Shown in pieces: positions 1 through 8,784 of a stretch of 64,000 nt of DNA. Origin of the DNA: Planctomycetota bacterium (GTDB taxonomy: Bacteria > Planctomycetota > UBA1135 > UBA2386); assembly GCA_947501605.1 (NCBI GenBank), contig CANMWZ010000010.1, positions 32,001 through 96,000 of the forward strand, in the 5' to 3' direction. Under the pieces are notes generated by a model that worked only from the letters and a program-made list of their open reading frames with translations, did not search any database and was not told the DNA's origin. A program made the translations under genes and the position numbers. The number at the start of each line of letters is the position of its first letter. The first letter of the stretch is position 1.

Positions 1-254
1 AAGAAGTGGTCGTAGAACACATCCACCAGAACGCCAGAGTAGCGGCGGAGCGAGCCACCGATTCGCTGCCGGCTGGCGGTGAACTGCGGATGCGCGTCGG
101 TGAATGCGTCTACCGCGCGATGCAAGGCGATCCCGTGTTGGATGGGGGCTGGCCACTGTCGCCAGTTCTCGCCGCGCACGAAGTCACCGAGCAGTGAGCC
201 GATCTGCCAGTCGGGATCAGGCGGCGACAACAGCAGGTGCGCGAGATGGTTCAT
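1..254 (-). CDS. acpH: ACP phosphodiesterase (3' end runs off the window)
   Basis: Not in the ORF track. Manual translation from the ATG at 254 gives MNHLAHLLLS...GSLLGDFVRG...HRAVDAFTDAHP...LVDVFYDHF, matching the AcpH motifs MNxLAH, DFVxG, HRxxDxxTD and DxxYDHF. The start overlaps the upstream stop (ATGA). Confidence 0.9.
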   Translation of the reverse strand, partial: MNHLAHLLLSPPDPDWQIGSLLGDFVRGENWRQWPAPIQHGIALHRAVDAFTDAHPQFTASRQRIGGSLRRYSGVLVDVFYDHF

Positions 255-3200
255 CCGCGCGTGGTTCTGATCAGGAGCAGACGCTTTTCTTCAGCGCGAT
301 CGATCGTTGCGAGGATGCGGATCCAGTCGGCATAGACAGAGGGTTCAATCACCGCTGGGTGCAGGCGCACTCGACGGTCGACCACCACGGCTTTGCCGTC
401 ACGCGCGAAGGTCAACTGGTAGTCGAGCGGTCCGAACGAGTGCAGGCGCGGCGACGGCAGTTCCGCGAACGCGCGTCCGTCGCCAGCCTCCATGCGCACT
501 CGGTGATGGAACTGCAGATCGGTCTGTTGATGCAGGGGCAGTTGGCGGTGGTCGCGATCGCCAAAACTGGCGCGCAACGACATCGGCGGCAATGGCAGAG
601 TCGCCAGCCAGCGGCCAGCGCCGTCGGCCTGCGCTGCCGGCCCTGTGACCTCGAGATCGAGTTGCAGCGGTTGGCCCGCGGGCTCGAGACCGCTGCAGGC
701 CGCGCTGCGGATGCGCCAGCCTTCGAGGAACTGCTGCCCGAGTTGCCGAGCCGCGAGCTTCTGGCGGTCGCCAGGGATCTTGCGGATCTGTTCCGCCACG
801 CTGAATCCCGAGTGGCCGAGGAGGCGGACTGCCGCGCTCATTCGCGTCCCGTCATCACCAAAAGTGCACGAGGCGTCGATTGCGAGGTCCTGCACTGCGC
901 CAATTGCGAGCGGCAGCCGGATCTGTTCGGCGGCATCGGCACCGATCACGTACGCCAGCGCACCACTGCGGTGGGCGGGGACCTCTCCGAGCGGCCAGTA
1001 GCGCGGGGTGTCGTAGAACAGCCACTTGGCGGCGCCATCGCGTGGGCGCAGGCGGGCGCAAGGCAAGCCGGTGCGGTCGCCTGTCGCGAATAGCGGCGGG
1101 CCGTTGCCGGTCACCTCTGGGAGCGCGATCTCGCAGGCGGCGAAGTCGAGTGGAACTTCCGCCGCCCGCAGCAACGCCAACGTCAGCAAGTAGCGGTTGC
1201 CCTTCTTCCGCAACAGCACCTCGGTGGCATCGCTGCCCTCGCCATCGGCGATATCGCGCTGGCAGAACTCGACGATGCGCGCAATGCGCGCGCTGTCCGT
1301 GGTCAAGCCCTGCAGCAGTTCGCTGGCAAAGTCGACGACCACGGGCGTCGGGTGCGTGCGCCACAGCATGGCCGCGCGCTCCGACCGCAATTGCGGCCAC
1401 GCGTCGGCGTCCTCGCCGTAGCCCGCCATCGGGATCATCTCTTCGCTCGGCGGTGGCGAGCTCTCCTGCGGCAAGCGGGCCACATCGTTGCGGCGCACAA
1501 TGTAGGCGGTGCGGTCGCCGTCGAGCGCGAGCGTCTCCGGGGTGATGCCGAGGTTGCGCAAGCGCAGTTCGCCGCGGCTGCCCTTGTGCACGATCAGGAT
1601 CCACTCGGTCACTTCGAGCGCTTCCTGTTGCGAGGCGAACAGGAAGTCGTCGAGACGCCACGGTTCGGCGCCGGAGGCCCGATGGTGGTCGCGATAGCGC
1701 CATTCGACAAAGGCACCCGGTTCGAGTCGCGGCATCGAAAATCCACCCTCGACGCGGGATGGGATGTACGTCTTGCCGTCCTTGCCGACGGTCCGCAGTA
1801 GCAGCAGTTCGCTGGCGCGTGCAGGCGCTTCCGCGGCGCGGAGCGCTTCGACGCCTTGGAGGTCGTTGACCGCGCGCAGTTCGTGGATCTCTACCAAGTG
1901 CGAGCCATCCGGCAGCAGTTCGACGATGCGCTGGTCGACCAGCATGCTGGTGGATGCACCGCGCTCGGACTCGCCAGGCGTGAAGGCCGCGATCGCGGCA
2001 TCGCCGTCCTTGCGGAAGCGGGCGAAGTCAGCGCCTTCGGCCGGTGCTCCTCCGAGGGCTTCTCGCAGCACTCGAAGGTTGCGCTGGTCAGCGTCGAGGG
2101 CGAGGCTCGCTTCCATCCTCGTGATGGCCTCGCTGTCGGCGTCGAGCTGCAGCAAGTGCGCAGCTACTTCGGCGTGTGTGTTGGCGTTGGCGTCCTCGTG
2201 CTGGGCCAACGCCGTGAGGGCCGCGCGCTGCGCCGTCTTGTCACCGCAACTCTGGGCCATGGTGAGGCGGAGGTTCATCAACCACAGCGGCGTCTTGCCT
2301 GCCGGCAAGCGCTGCTCCATCGCATCGATCTGCATGTCGGCGTAGGCGACGTCGCCGAGGTCGAGCGCGAGCAGCACGGCTCGGCGAAGAAGGCCCGAAT
2401 CCGCAGGCAGAAGGGCGCGGGCGCGATCGACGAAGGCGAACGATCGGCGGACATCGCCGAGGGCCGCGTGATGGTCGGCGAGCTGCAGCAGCGGGCGAAC
2501 ATCACCAGGGCACACGGTGCTCCACTGCTGCAGCAGGTTCGGCACTTCGGTCTGAAAATGCAGTGCGCGCAACACGGAGTTGGTCGTCGCGAACGTCATC
2601 GGTCCCGCGCGCCCGGCGTCGATCTCGGCGCGAAGCAGGCGCAGGGCCTGCTCGCGTTGGTCCTGATCCTCGAACTTGCGCACCCGTGCCAGCAGCGCCT
2701 GGTGATGCGACAGCGGCAAGTCCTTGGTCGCGAGTGCGACTAGGGCGCGTGCTTTCGCGTTGCGGATCTCGTCAGGAAACTCGGTGGCGCGAAGCCACAA
2801 CTCGGCGAACGCCAGTTGCAAGCTCGGGTCGGTGGGCGGGTCCTGTTCGAGTTGACGCAGCATCGTCACCGCCGCATCGGTGTTCTGGGCGCGGCGGAAC
2901 TCGTGCACGGCAGCGAGGCGCAGCGTAGCGCGGTCGTGGCCCTCAGCCGTCGCGGCGGCCTCGGCGAGAGTCGTCGCCGCGTCGCGGAAGGAGCCCTGAT
3001 GCCGCGGGTCGCCGGCGCCCGGTGCGGCCTCGCTAGGGCCCGGTGCGGCCTCGCTAGGGCCCGGTGCGGCCTCGCTAGCGGTAGCGCTGGCTGCCAGTTC
3101 GCTCACCTGTGCCAAGCCGCTGCCAGCAGCATCACAGCAGCGAAGTCCGAGGGGCGAATCGCTGTCGTCGCCGGTCTTGATGAGGATCTCGTGGACGCCG

Positions 3201-3976
3201 ACACCAAGTTGAATCGGCCAGCGCTTCACGCGTGGTTGTGGCGCGAGATAGGGATCGCTGCGACCGACCTCCGTGCCGTCGATGCGCGCCCAGAACGAAC
3301 CGCGGTAGTCGACTTCGAGGAAGCCGGACGTTGCAGCCACGGCAGCAACGCGCCACAACACGAAGTGGCTGCCGGCTCGCTGTGCTGCGCGCCCCTGCAG
3401 ATCAAAGCCTCGTCGATCGTGGTCGCGTTGAAGCGTGCGGACGCGAACTTCCCCAAAACGACCGGCGAGCGTCTCCATCGCAGCGGGAAACCGCGCCTCG
3501 GGCGCGAACCAGACATCGAGGTAGTGCCGTCCTGAATCGCCGAACGGGCCGACCACCTGAATGGACGCGGCGAAGCTCGCGTAGGTGGCAGCCGACCGCG
3601 GTTGCCCCGAGCGCAGCAGGATCTCGTCACGCAGTTCGTCGAGCTCGAGCTGCAACAGCCCGTGCCGCGGAGCACTCCCTTGGACTTCGCCGAGCAGCGT
3701 CAAGATGCCAGGGGTCGGCTTGCCGGCCAGCAGGCGCTGGCGAGCCTCTGCGACCAGCGCGCACGCAACGGGCGACCGCGGCGACACGAGGGCGGCAGTC
3801 AGCAGGGTCTCGGCATCGCGAACCGGGTCGTCGACCGCCGAGGTTTCGGCTTCGACCAGGGTGCGGGCGAGGATCAGCGTTGGGTCCTGGGCTGCGGCCG
3901 GGGCCGCCAAGATCGCGAGCAGCGCGCGCGCATAGATCGGAGCCAAGCGGTACGCGAGCCGGGCAGAGAGCTTCAT
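251..3976 (-). CDS. Secreted TPR / DUF3857 / transglutaminase-like protein, probably catalytically inactive
   Basis: The start MKLSARL at 3976 overlaps the upstream stop. It has a signal peptide (APAAA-Q), helical TPR-like repeats and a DUF3857-like region (MLVDQRIVELLPDG...MPRLEPGAFVEWRY). The transglutaminase-core equivalent reads KKGNRY instead of GDC. Confidence 0.75.
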   Translation of the reverse strand: MKLSARLAYRLAPIYARALLAILAAPAAAQDPTLILARTLVEAETSAVDDPVRDAETLLTAALVSPRSPVACALVAEARQRLLAGKPTPGILTLLGEVQGSAPRHGLLQLELDELRDEILLRSGQPRSAATYASFAASIQVVGPFGDSGRHYLDVWFAPEARFPAAMETLAGRFGEVRVRTLQRDHDRRGFDLQGRAAQRAGSHFVLWRVAAVAATSGFLEVDYRGSFWARIDGTEVGRSDPYLAPQPRVKRWPIQLGVGVHEILIKTGDDSDSPLGLRCCDAAGSGLAQVSELAASATASEAAPGPSEAAPGPSEAAPGAGDPRHQGSFRDAATTLAEAAATAEGHDRATLRLAAVHEFRRAQNTDAAVTMLRQLEQDPPTDPSLQLAFAELWLRATEFPDEIRNAKARALVALATKDLPLSHHQALLARVRKFEDQDQREQALRLLRAEIDAGRAGPMTFATTNSVLRALHFQTEVPNLLQQWSTVCPGDVRPLLQLADHHAALGDVRRSFAFVDRARALLPADSGLLRRAVLLALDLGDVAYADMQIDAMEQRLPAGKTPLWLMNLRLTMAQSCGDKTAQRAALTALAQHEDANANTHAEVAAHLLQLDADSEAITRMEASLALDADQRNLRVLREALGGAPAEGADFARFRKDGDAAIAAFTPGESERGASTSMLVDQRIVELLPDGSHLVEIHELRAVNDLQGVEALRAAEAPARASELLLLRTVGKDGKTYIPSRVEGGFSMPRLEPGAFVEWRYRDHHRASGAEPWRLDDFLFASQQEALEVTEWILIVHKGSRGELRLRNLGITPETLALDGDRTAYIVRRNDVARLPQESSPPPSEEMIPMAGYGEDADAWPQLRSERAAMLWRTHPTPVVVDFASELLQGLTTDSARIARIVEFCQRDIADGEGSDATEVLLRKKGNRYLLTLALLRAAEVPLDFAACEIALPEVTGNGPPLFATGDRTGLPCARLRPRDGAAKWLFYDTPRYWPLGEVPAHRSGALAYVIGADAAEQIRLPLAIGAVQDLAIDASCTFGDDGTRMSAAVRLLGHSGFSVAEQIRKIPGDRQKLAARQLGQQFLEGWRIRSAACSGLEPAGQPLQLDLEVTGPAAQADGAGRWLATLPLPPMSLRASFGDRDHRQLPLHQQTDLQFHHRVRMEAGDGRAFAELPSPRLHSFGPLDYQLTFARDGKAVVVDRRVRLHPAVIEPSVYADWIRILATIDRAEEKRLLLIRTTRG
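3017..3078. repeat. 21-bp tandem repeat x3 (GCCCGGTGCGGCCTCGCTAGG), encoding SEAAPGP repeats
   Basis: Copies at 3017, 3038 and 3059, in frame within a linker of the 251-3976 CDS. Confidence 0.9.
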
Positions 3977-6900
3977 CGCGCCTCCTTCTTCAACACGATG
4001 CGCTGCGAGTCGGCGCTGCGCAGGCCGGCCACGAAGTCGCGGAACGCTGGGTAGTCGGCGGCTTCGACGCGTGGCTTCGCGAGTGCGAGCTTGCGATCGA
4101 CGACGATCTGGTCGCCCTGCAATCGCCAAGTCATCGTGAAGCTGCCGAACGGTCCTTTCTGCTCCACGGGTTCTGGAAGCGACGTTGGCCGGTAGCCTTC
4201 AGGCAGGCGGTAGCACACCGTGCGCTCGTCGGCGCGCGGGACACCCAGCAGCAGCGGTGTCGTCCGTTCGGTCTCCGCCGTCATCTGCGCCAAGGGCTCG
4301 TCGGCAAACGTGGACGGCAACTGCCATTCGATCGCGCTGCGTTGGCCGAGTTCTTTCACGGCGAAGTCGACCCGCAGGCGCACGGGTTCGGCCAGCGCGA
4401 GGACATCGCTGCAGTCGACGTCGCCAAGGGTCACCGGGCCAAAGCGCGACACGAGCTGCCGCTCGAGGTGTTCTTTGCGGCGTGCAGGTTCGACTGACAG
4501 TTGCGTGCGCGCGCGCACGGCGGCGTTGCCGAGCGGGGTCTCCACCTGCGTCGCGCGCAGGGTGGTGTCGCGCAATTCAAGATCCCATCGCACGCGGTCG
4601 TTGTTCTGCTCGGGCGTAGTCCACGGAACCGTCTCGATGCGCGCCTTGCCCTGCTCGACGACGACAACCTTGGCCCCTTGGTCCATCTCCGGCAACGTGC
4701 CCGCCGGGTGTAGCGTTGCGGTGCCGTCGAGGAACATCGCTGGGCGACCGTCTTGCTCGGGCATCCACGCGATGCAGTGGTTGAAGTGGTGCACCATGGC
4801 GAGCTCGAGGTTGTCTTCGCTGCGCATGTCATCGGCAAAGATCACCACAGGCGAGGCCTTGACGCCGATCTCGGAGAGCAAGGCGCACAGCAGGAGAGCC
4901 TTGTCCTTGCAGTCACCGTGGCGACGTTCGTAGATCACCGAGGTTGCGTACGGCTTGTAGCCGTGCACGCCGAACTCCCAGGCCTCGTAGCGAACCTCGG
5001 TGGACACGAACTGGTAGATCGCAGCAATGCGCTGCTCTTGCGTCGTGCAGCCGTTCACGAGTTCTTGCACCTTGGCGCGCATCGGCGGCGTCGTCTCCAG
5101 TTGGCCCTGGATCAGGTTCCACCACCAAGAAGCGAAGTGATCCCACGAACGAAAGGTGGTGAAACGGACGAGTGGTGCGCGTTCGCGCGCATCGGGGCGG
5201 CCGGGTTCAGGCTTGTCGCGGGCAACGGCATCGAGCGCGAACTTCCACGCGGTGGAGCCGTCGGCCAGCGTAGAAATGTGTGGTTGCGGCGCGCCCCCGG
5301 AGGCCTGAAAGAGGTAGTCGCGGCCGAGTTCCCCGATGACGACGAGTTCGGAGCGCACCACCGCGTTGCCGTCGTCGGCGGCGAGGAAGTGGGCGAGACC
5401 GAAGTACTCGCCGAAGAAGCTCGGACCCATGTCATCGACGCGGCCCTGCACGTCGACCATGTCGCCAGGACGCAGCGAGGGCAACGCCACCGACGCTCCG
5501 CGCAGGCGCGGCTCTTCGACCGTGCCGTCCGCCTTGTAGATCGTGCAGGCGAGCAGGCGCGCACGTTGCTCCCCGGCGTAGTAGGGCAACCGGTAGCCTG
5601 ACATCTGGCGCGCACCGGCGTCACTCAAGATGCGGACGCAAACGTGGTAGTACTCGCTGGTGGTGCCGTTCTTGTGCGCTTGCACGACGCGCTGGCGTAG
5701 CAGATGGACCAGTGGATCGTTGTTGTCGATCGACTCGGCGGGAGTGCCCGCATTGCGCAGGTCCTTGGTATCGATCGCCCAAGCGGTATGGAACGGGACG
5801 GTCTCACTCGCGAGATAATCCAGGTAGCGCTGGTCGTCGCGGCGATTCGGGTTGCATTCGATCGCCGCGCGCAAGGTCTCGATCTGGTCGTCGGTGCGGC
5901 CGAGTTGGCGGTAGAGGCGGCTCTGCGCGACCAGGGCGTCGTCGTCGTCAGGGCAGAGGTGCAGCCACTCTGACCAGTGACGCAATGCGGCTTCGTGGTC
6001 GCCGTCGCTCTCGGCAAGCTCGGCGCGCAGTTCGAACACGCGACGCATCAGAGGTTCGCAACGGAGCGTCGCGTCGGCGGCTGCGAGGGCGTCGTTGCGG
6101 TTACCAAGACGCAAGTGCAGTTCGGCGAGGGCCAGACGATCGTTGGCGTCGCCGCTGCGGTCCGCGATGCGTTGCTGCAACGCGACCACGGCTTCGCGGC
6201 CGTCGCGGTTGCCGTCGGCCAAAGCGCGCAAAGCAGCGCGCAAGCAGAGAACGCTAGCATCCTCGTGTTCTGCGGCGACATCGAGTTCGCGAGCCGAGTG
6301 GGCAACCAGACCTTGCTGCTGCAGCACTTCGGCGAGTAGCAGGCGCGATGGTTCGTGGTCGCCGGCGATCGAGAGGGACCGTCTCGCAAGTCCTTCGGCA
6401 GTGGCTACGAGGCCAGTGCCCGTCAGCAGCATCTGGCCCAGCAGGGTCCGTGCCTCGACATGATCCTGGTCGACCGCGAGGATCGATTCGTAGTCAGCGC
6501 GGCGTTCGTTCTCGTCGAGCTCGGCCGAGGTCTTGGCGGTGCGGACGCGCGAGGCGGCGAGCAGCATGCGCGCCTGCGGCCATTGCGGCAGATCGGTTGC
6601 CGCAACGGCAGCCAGTCGATGGTCGCGGCGGTCGTTGGCCGGATCGGCATTGCGGCCGAGCCACAGCATCGCGAGCCAGAAGGCGTCGTGGCCGTGAGCC
6701 GCATCGGTGTCGAGCAACGAACGAGCTCCTTGTGCTGCCCGCGCTGTCGGCGCCGTCTCTGCAGGCTTCTGCCCAGCGGCCATCGCCATGATTTGCGGCT
6801 CCGCACTCGCGCGCACGCTGTCGATCGGCCCGCCCTCTACGGCGCTCACGCGCAGCGAAGTTGCGAACACGCCGTTCTCTTGGTGGCAGAGCTTGACGAC

Positions 6901-7722
6901 GACGAGGTTCGGGCCCGCCACGAGCGGCAGGGTGATGGCGTCTTGCTCGAATGCAAACGGCCGGTCGGCATCGCGGCGTTGCACGGGGGCACCATTGCAG
7001 CGAACTTCGAAACTGCCCGACGAGCCCAGATGCAGGGCGACGGCGGTCGCGCGGTCCGCGACCAGCGCGAACGCGGCGACGCACGCGACCTGTTCCGCGG
7101 GCTTCAGAATGGCGCCGAGCCAGAGTGAGCCCCGCGGGGCCATGCCATCGAGGCGACGCCATGTGACGGGCCGCTGCTTGCCCGGAAACGTCGCATGGAG
7201 AGCGAAGCTCATCTCCGGCGGAAGTTCGCGCGTCAGCGCCGCACCGCGCTCGTTGTCGAACGGACCGCAGATCCAGATGTCGTCGAGGAAGCCGAGTTCG
7301 CGCGTCAGTTCTGCGGCGCGTGGGTCGCCGCGCTGGGTCATCGTCTCCAGAGCGAGAACGCCGATCTGGTCAGCGAAGGAAGGGTCCGTGCGCGCTAGTG
7401 GGGCGCGCCGCAGCAAGAGAACCTCATCGAGGTGAAATCCGCGGCTGCGCGCATCGAGGTACAACGCGGTGGAAGCTGCACCTTCGGCAGCGATGCGGTC
7501 GCTCGTCGTCGGTCGCGCTAATCCGGCGTAGATCGCGGCCGCCGCAGCAAGGGCACTTGCCGCTTCGCGGTTGCGGCCGCGTGACTTGTGCACAAAGCCC
7601 TGCTCGATCGTCGCCAGTGGATCGGCGGTCGAGGCTTGGTCTTGGGCCGGTAGCCACGACGCTGCCCAAAACAGCACAGCCAAGCAGGGACGAGAGAAAA
7701 CAGCAGGGGTCGCGCGGCTCAC
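3973..7722 (-). CDS. Secreted TPR / DUF3857 / transglutaminase-like (papain-fold) protein with intact triad
   Basis: Signal peptide (WLPA-Q), TPR repeats and a DUF3857-like domain (LPSLRPGDMVD), then VRY...RHGDCKDKA, FNHCIA and FLDGT, which give a Cys-His-Asp triad. Confidence 0.85.
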   Translation of the reverse strand: MSRATPAVFSRPCLAVLFWAASWLPAQDQASTADPLATIEQGFVHKSRGRNREAASALAAAAAIYAGLARPTTSDRIAAEGAASTALYLDARSRGFHLDEVLLLRRAPLARTDPSFADQIGVLALETMTQRGDPRAAELTRELGFLDDIWICGPFDNERGAALTRELPPEMSFALHATFPGKQRPVTWRRLDGMAPRGSLWLGAILKPAEQVACVAAFALVADRATAVALHLGSSGSFEVRCNGAPVQRRDADRPFAFEQDAITLPLVAGPNLVVVKLCHQENGVFATSLRVSAVEGGPIDSVRASAEPQIMAMAAGQKPAETAPTARAAQGARSLLDTDAAHGHDAFWLAMLWLGRNADPANDRRDHRLAAVAATDLPQWPQARMLLAASRVRTAKTSAELDENERRADYESILAVDQDHVEARTLLGQMLLTGTGLVATAEGLARRSLSIAGDHEPSRLLLAEVLQQQGLVAHSARELDVAAEHEDASVLCLRAALRALADGNRDGREAVVALQQRIADRSGDANDRLALAELHLRLGNRNDALAAADATLRCEPLMRRVFELRAELAESDGDHEAALRHWSEWLHLCPDDDDALVAQSRLYRQLGRTDDQIETLRAAIECNPNRRDDQRYLDYLASETVPFHTAWAIDTKDLRNAGTPAESIDNNDPLVHLLRQRVVQAHKNGTTSEYYHVCVRILSDAGARQMSGYRLPYYAGEQRARLLACTIYKADGTVEEPRLRGASVALPSLRPGDMVDVQGRVDDMGPSFFGEYFGLAHFLAADDGNAVVRSELVVIGELGRDYLFQASGGAPQPHISTLADGSTAWKFALDAVARDKPEPGRPDARERAPLVRFTTFRSWDHFASWWWNLIQGQLETTPPMRAKVQELVNGCTTQEQRIAAIYQFVSTEVRYEAWEFGVHGYKPYATSVIYERRHGDCKDKALLLCALLSEIGVKASPVVIFADDMRSEDNLELAMVHHFNHCIAWMPEQDGRPAMFLDGTATLHPAGTLPEMDQGAKVVVVEQGKARIETVPWTTPEQNNDRVRWDLELRDTTLRATQVETPLGNAAVRARTQLSVEPARRKEHLERQLVSRFGPVTLGDVDCSDVLALAEPVRLRVDFAVKELGQRSAIEWQLPSTFADEPLAQMTAETERTTPLLLGVPRADERTVCYRLPEGYRPTSLPEPVEQKGPFGSFTMTWRLQGDQIVVDRKLALAKPRVEAADYPAFRDFVAGLRSADSQRIVLKKEAR

Positions 7723-7733
7723 AGCCGATCGGT

Positions 7734-8711
7734 TTATCGCCCGGCGCTGCGTTCGACCATGCCCTTGCTCTTCCCGTTGGCTGATGGCGGCAGTTCGCCT
7801 GCACGGATCACGCCGTCACTGTTGCGGTCAAGTCCTAGGAGCACCTGAGGTGCCCAACGCGCCATCTGCGGGTCGATGCGGCGAAGCGCGTGTTCCAGTT
7901 CGTGAACGCTGATTGCTTGGTTGCCGTCGAGATCGAGTGCGGCGAACGGGCTTTGCGCGACTGCGGTGGTCGGTGACTCGGCGGTGGCCTGCGGCAGCAT
8001 TCCTGGCGCGAACTGTTGCAGCGGCGGGCCGAGTTCGAGTTCGGTGAACTTGCCGTCGTGGTCGCGGTCGAACATCTGCAGCAGGCCGAAGGCAGTCGGC
8101 GGTGCGCCCAGGCTGCGCAACAGGGCTTCGGTTTCGCCCTTGTTCAGCGACCGATCGCGATCGGTGTCGAACAGCTCGAACGTCGAGCGGAGCGGTGAGA
8201 GCGCCTCGCGCGTCGCGACTGCTTGGGTCTCGGCCAATGGCCGCGCGAGCTGCAACTGCAAGATGCCACCGTTGCGGACGAGGTCGCGGTAGTAGCGGTC
8301 GAACTCTGGCCAATCGAGGAAGCCATCGCGGTCGTGGTCGAGTCGTCGGTACCAACCGCCCTGGTTCTGGTCGCCGATCCGGCGCAGCGCTGCCCTTGTT
8401 TCGAACAGATCGAGGCGGTCGTCAGCATCGACATCACAGGCCGTGAACAGGTTGCGGCTCTTCCCGTCGTCGTGGTCCTGGATCTGGACGCGCCTTGGAT
8501 CGTCCTTCTTGGCCTGCCTCGCGGCGCCTTGGTCCGGCGCCGACTTGCCGCCGGCTTGCTTGCTGGCGATGGGCTTGTTGTCGGTGCGGTCTGTACTGCC
8601 GGCGCGACTCGGGGCCTGTCCCGGCAGCTGCGGTAGTGGGAGTTGGGCGCGTACGAACGGGCCCGCAGCCACCACGGCAGACATCGCAGCGATCAGCAGT
8701 TCACGCATCAT
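7734..8711 (-). CDS. Secreted multi-EF-hand calcium-binding protein (6 EF loops)
   Basis: Signal peptide from MMRELL (8711 or 8708). Loops: DVDADDRLDLFE, DHDRDGFLDWPE, DTDRDRSLNKGE, DRDHDGKFTELE, DLDGNQAISVHE, DRNSDGVIRAGE. Confidence 0.85.
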   Translation of the reverse strand: MMRELLIAAMSAVVAAGPFVRAQLPLPQLPGQAPSRAGSTDRTDNKPIASKQAGGKSAPDQGAARQAKKDDPRRVQIQDHDDGKSRNLFTACDVDADDRLDLFETRAALRRIGDQNQGGWYRRLDHDRDGFLDWPEFDRYYRDLVRNGGILQLQLARPLAETQAVATREALSPLRSTFELFDTDRDRSLNKGETEALLRSLGAPPTAFGLLQMFDRDHDGKFTELELGPPLQQFAPGMLPQATAESPTTAVAQSPFAALDLDGNQAISVHELEHALRRIDPQMARWAPQVLLGLDRNSDGVIRAGELPPSANGKSKGMVERSAGR

Positions 8712-8784
8712 CCCGTGTTTCGGCCTCGATCGACCCGCAGCATAACTCACAGGCCAGCAGAAGTGCCGCTGGCTGCTCGCGGGC

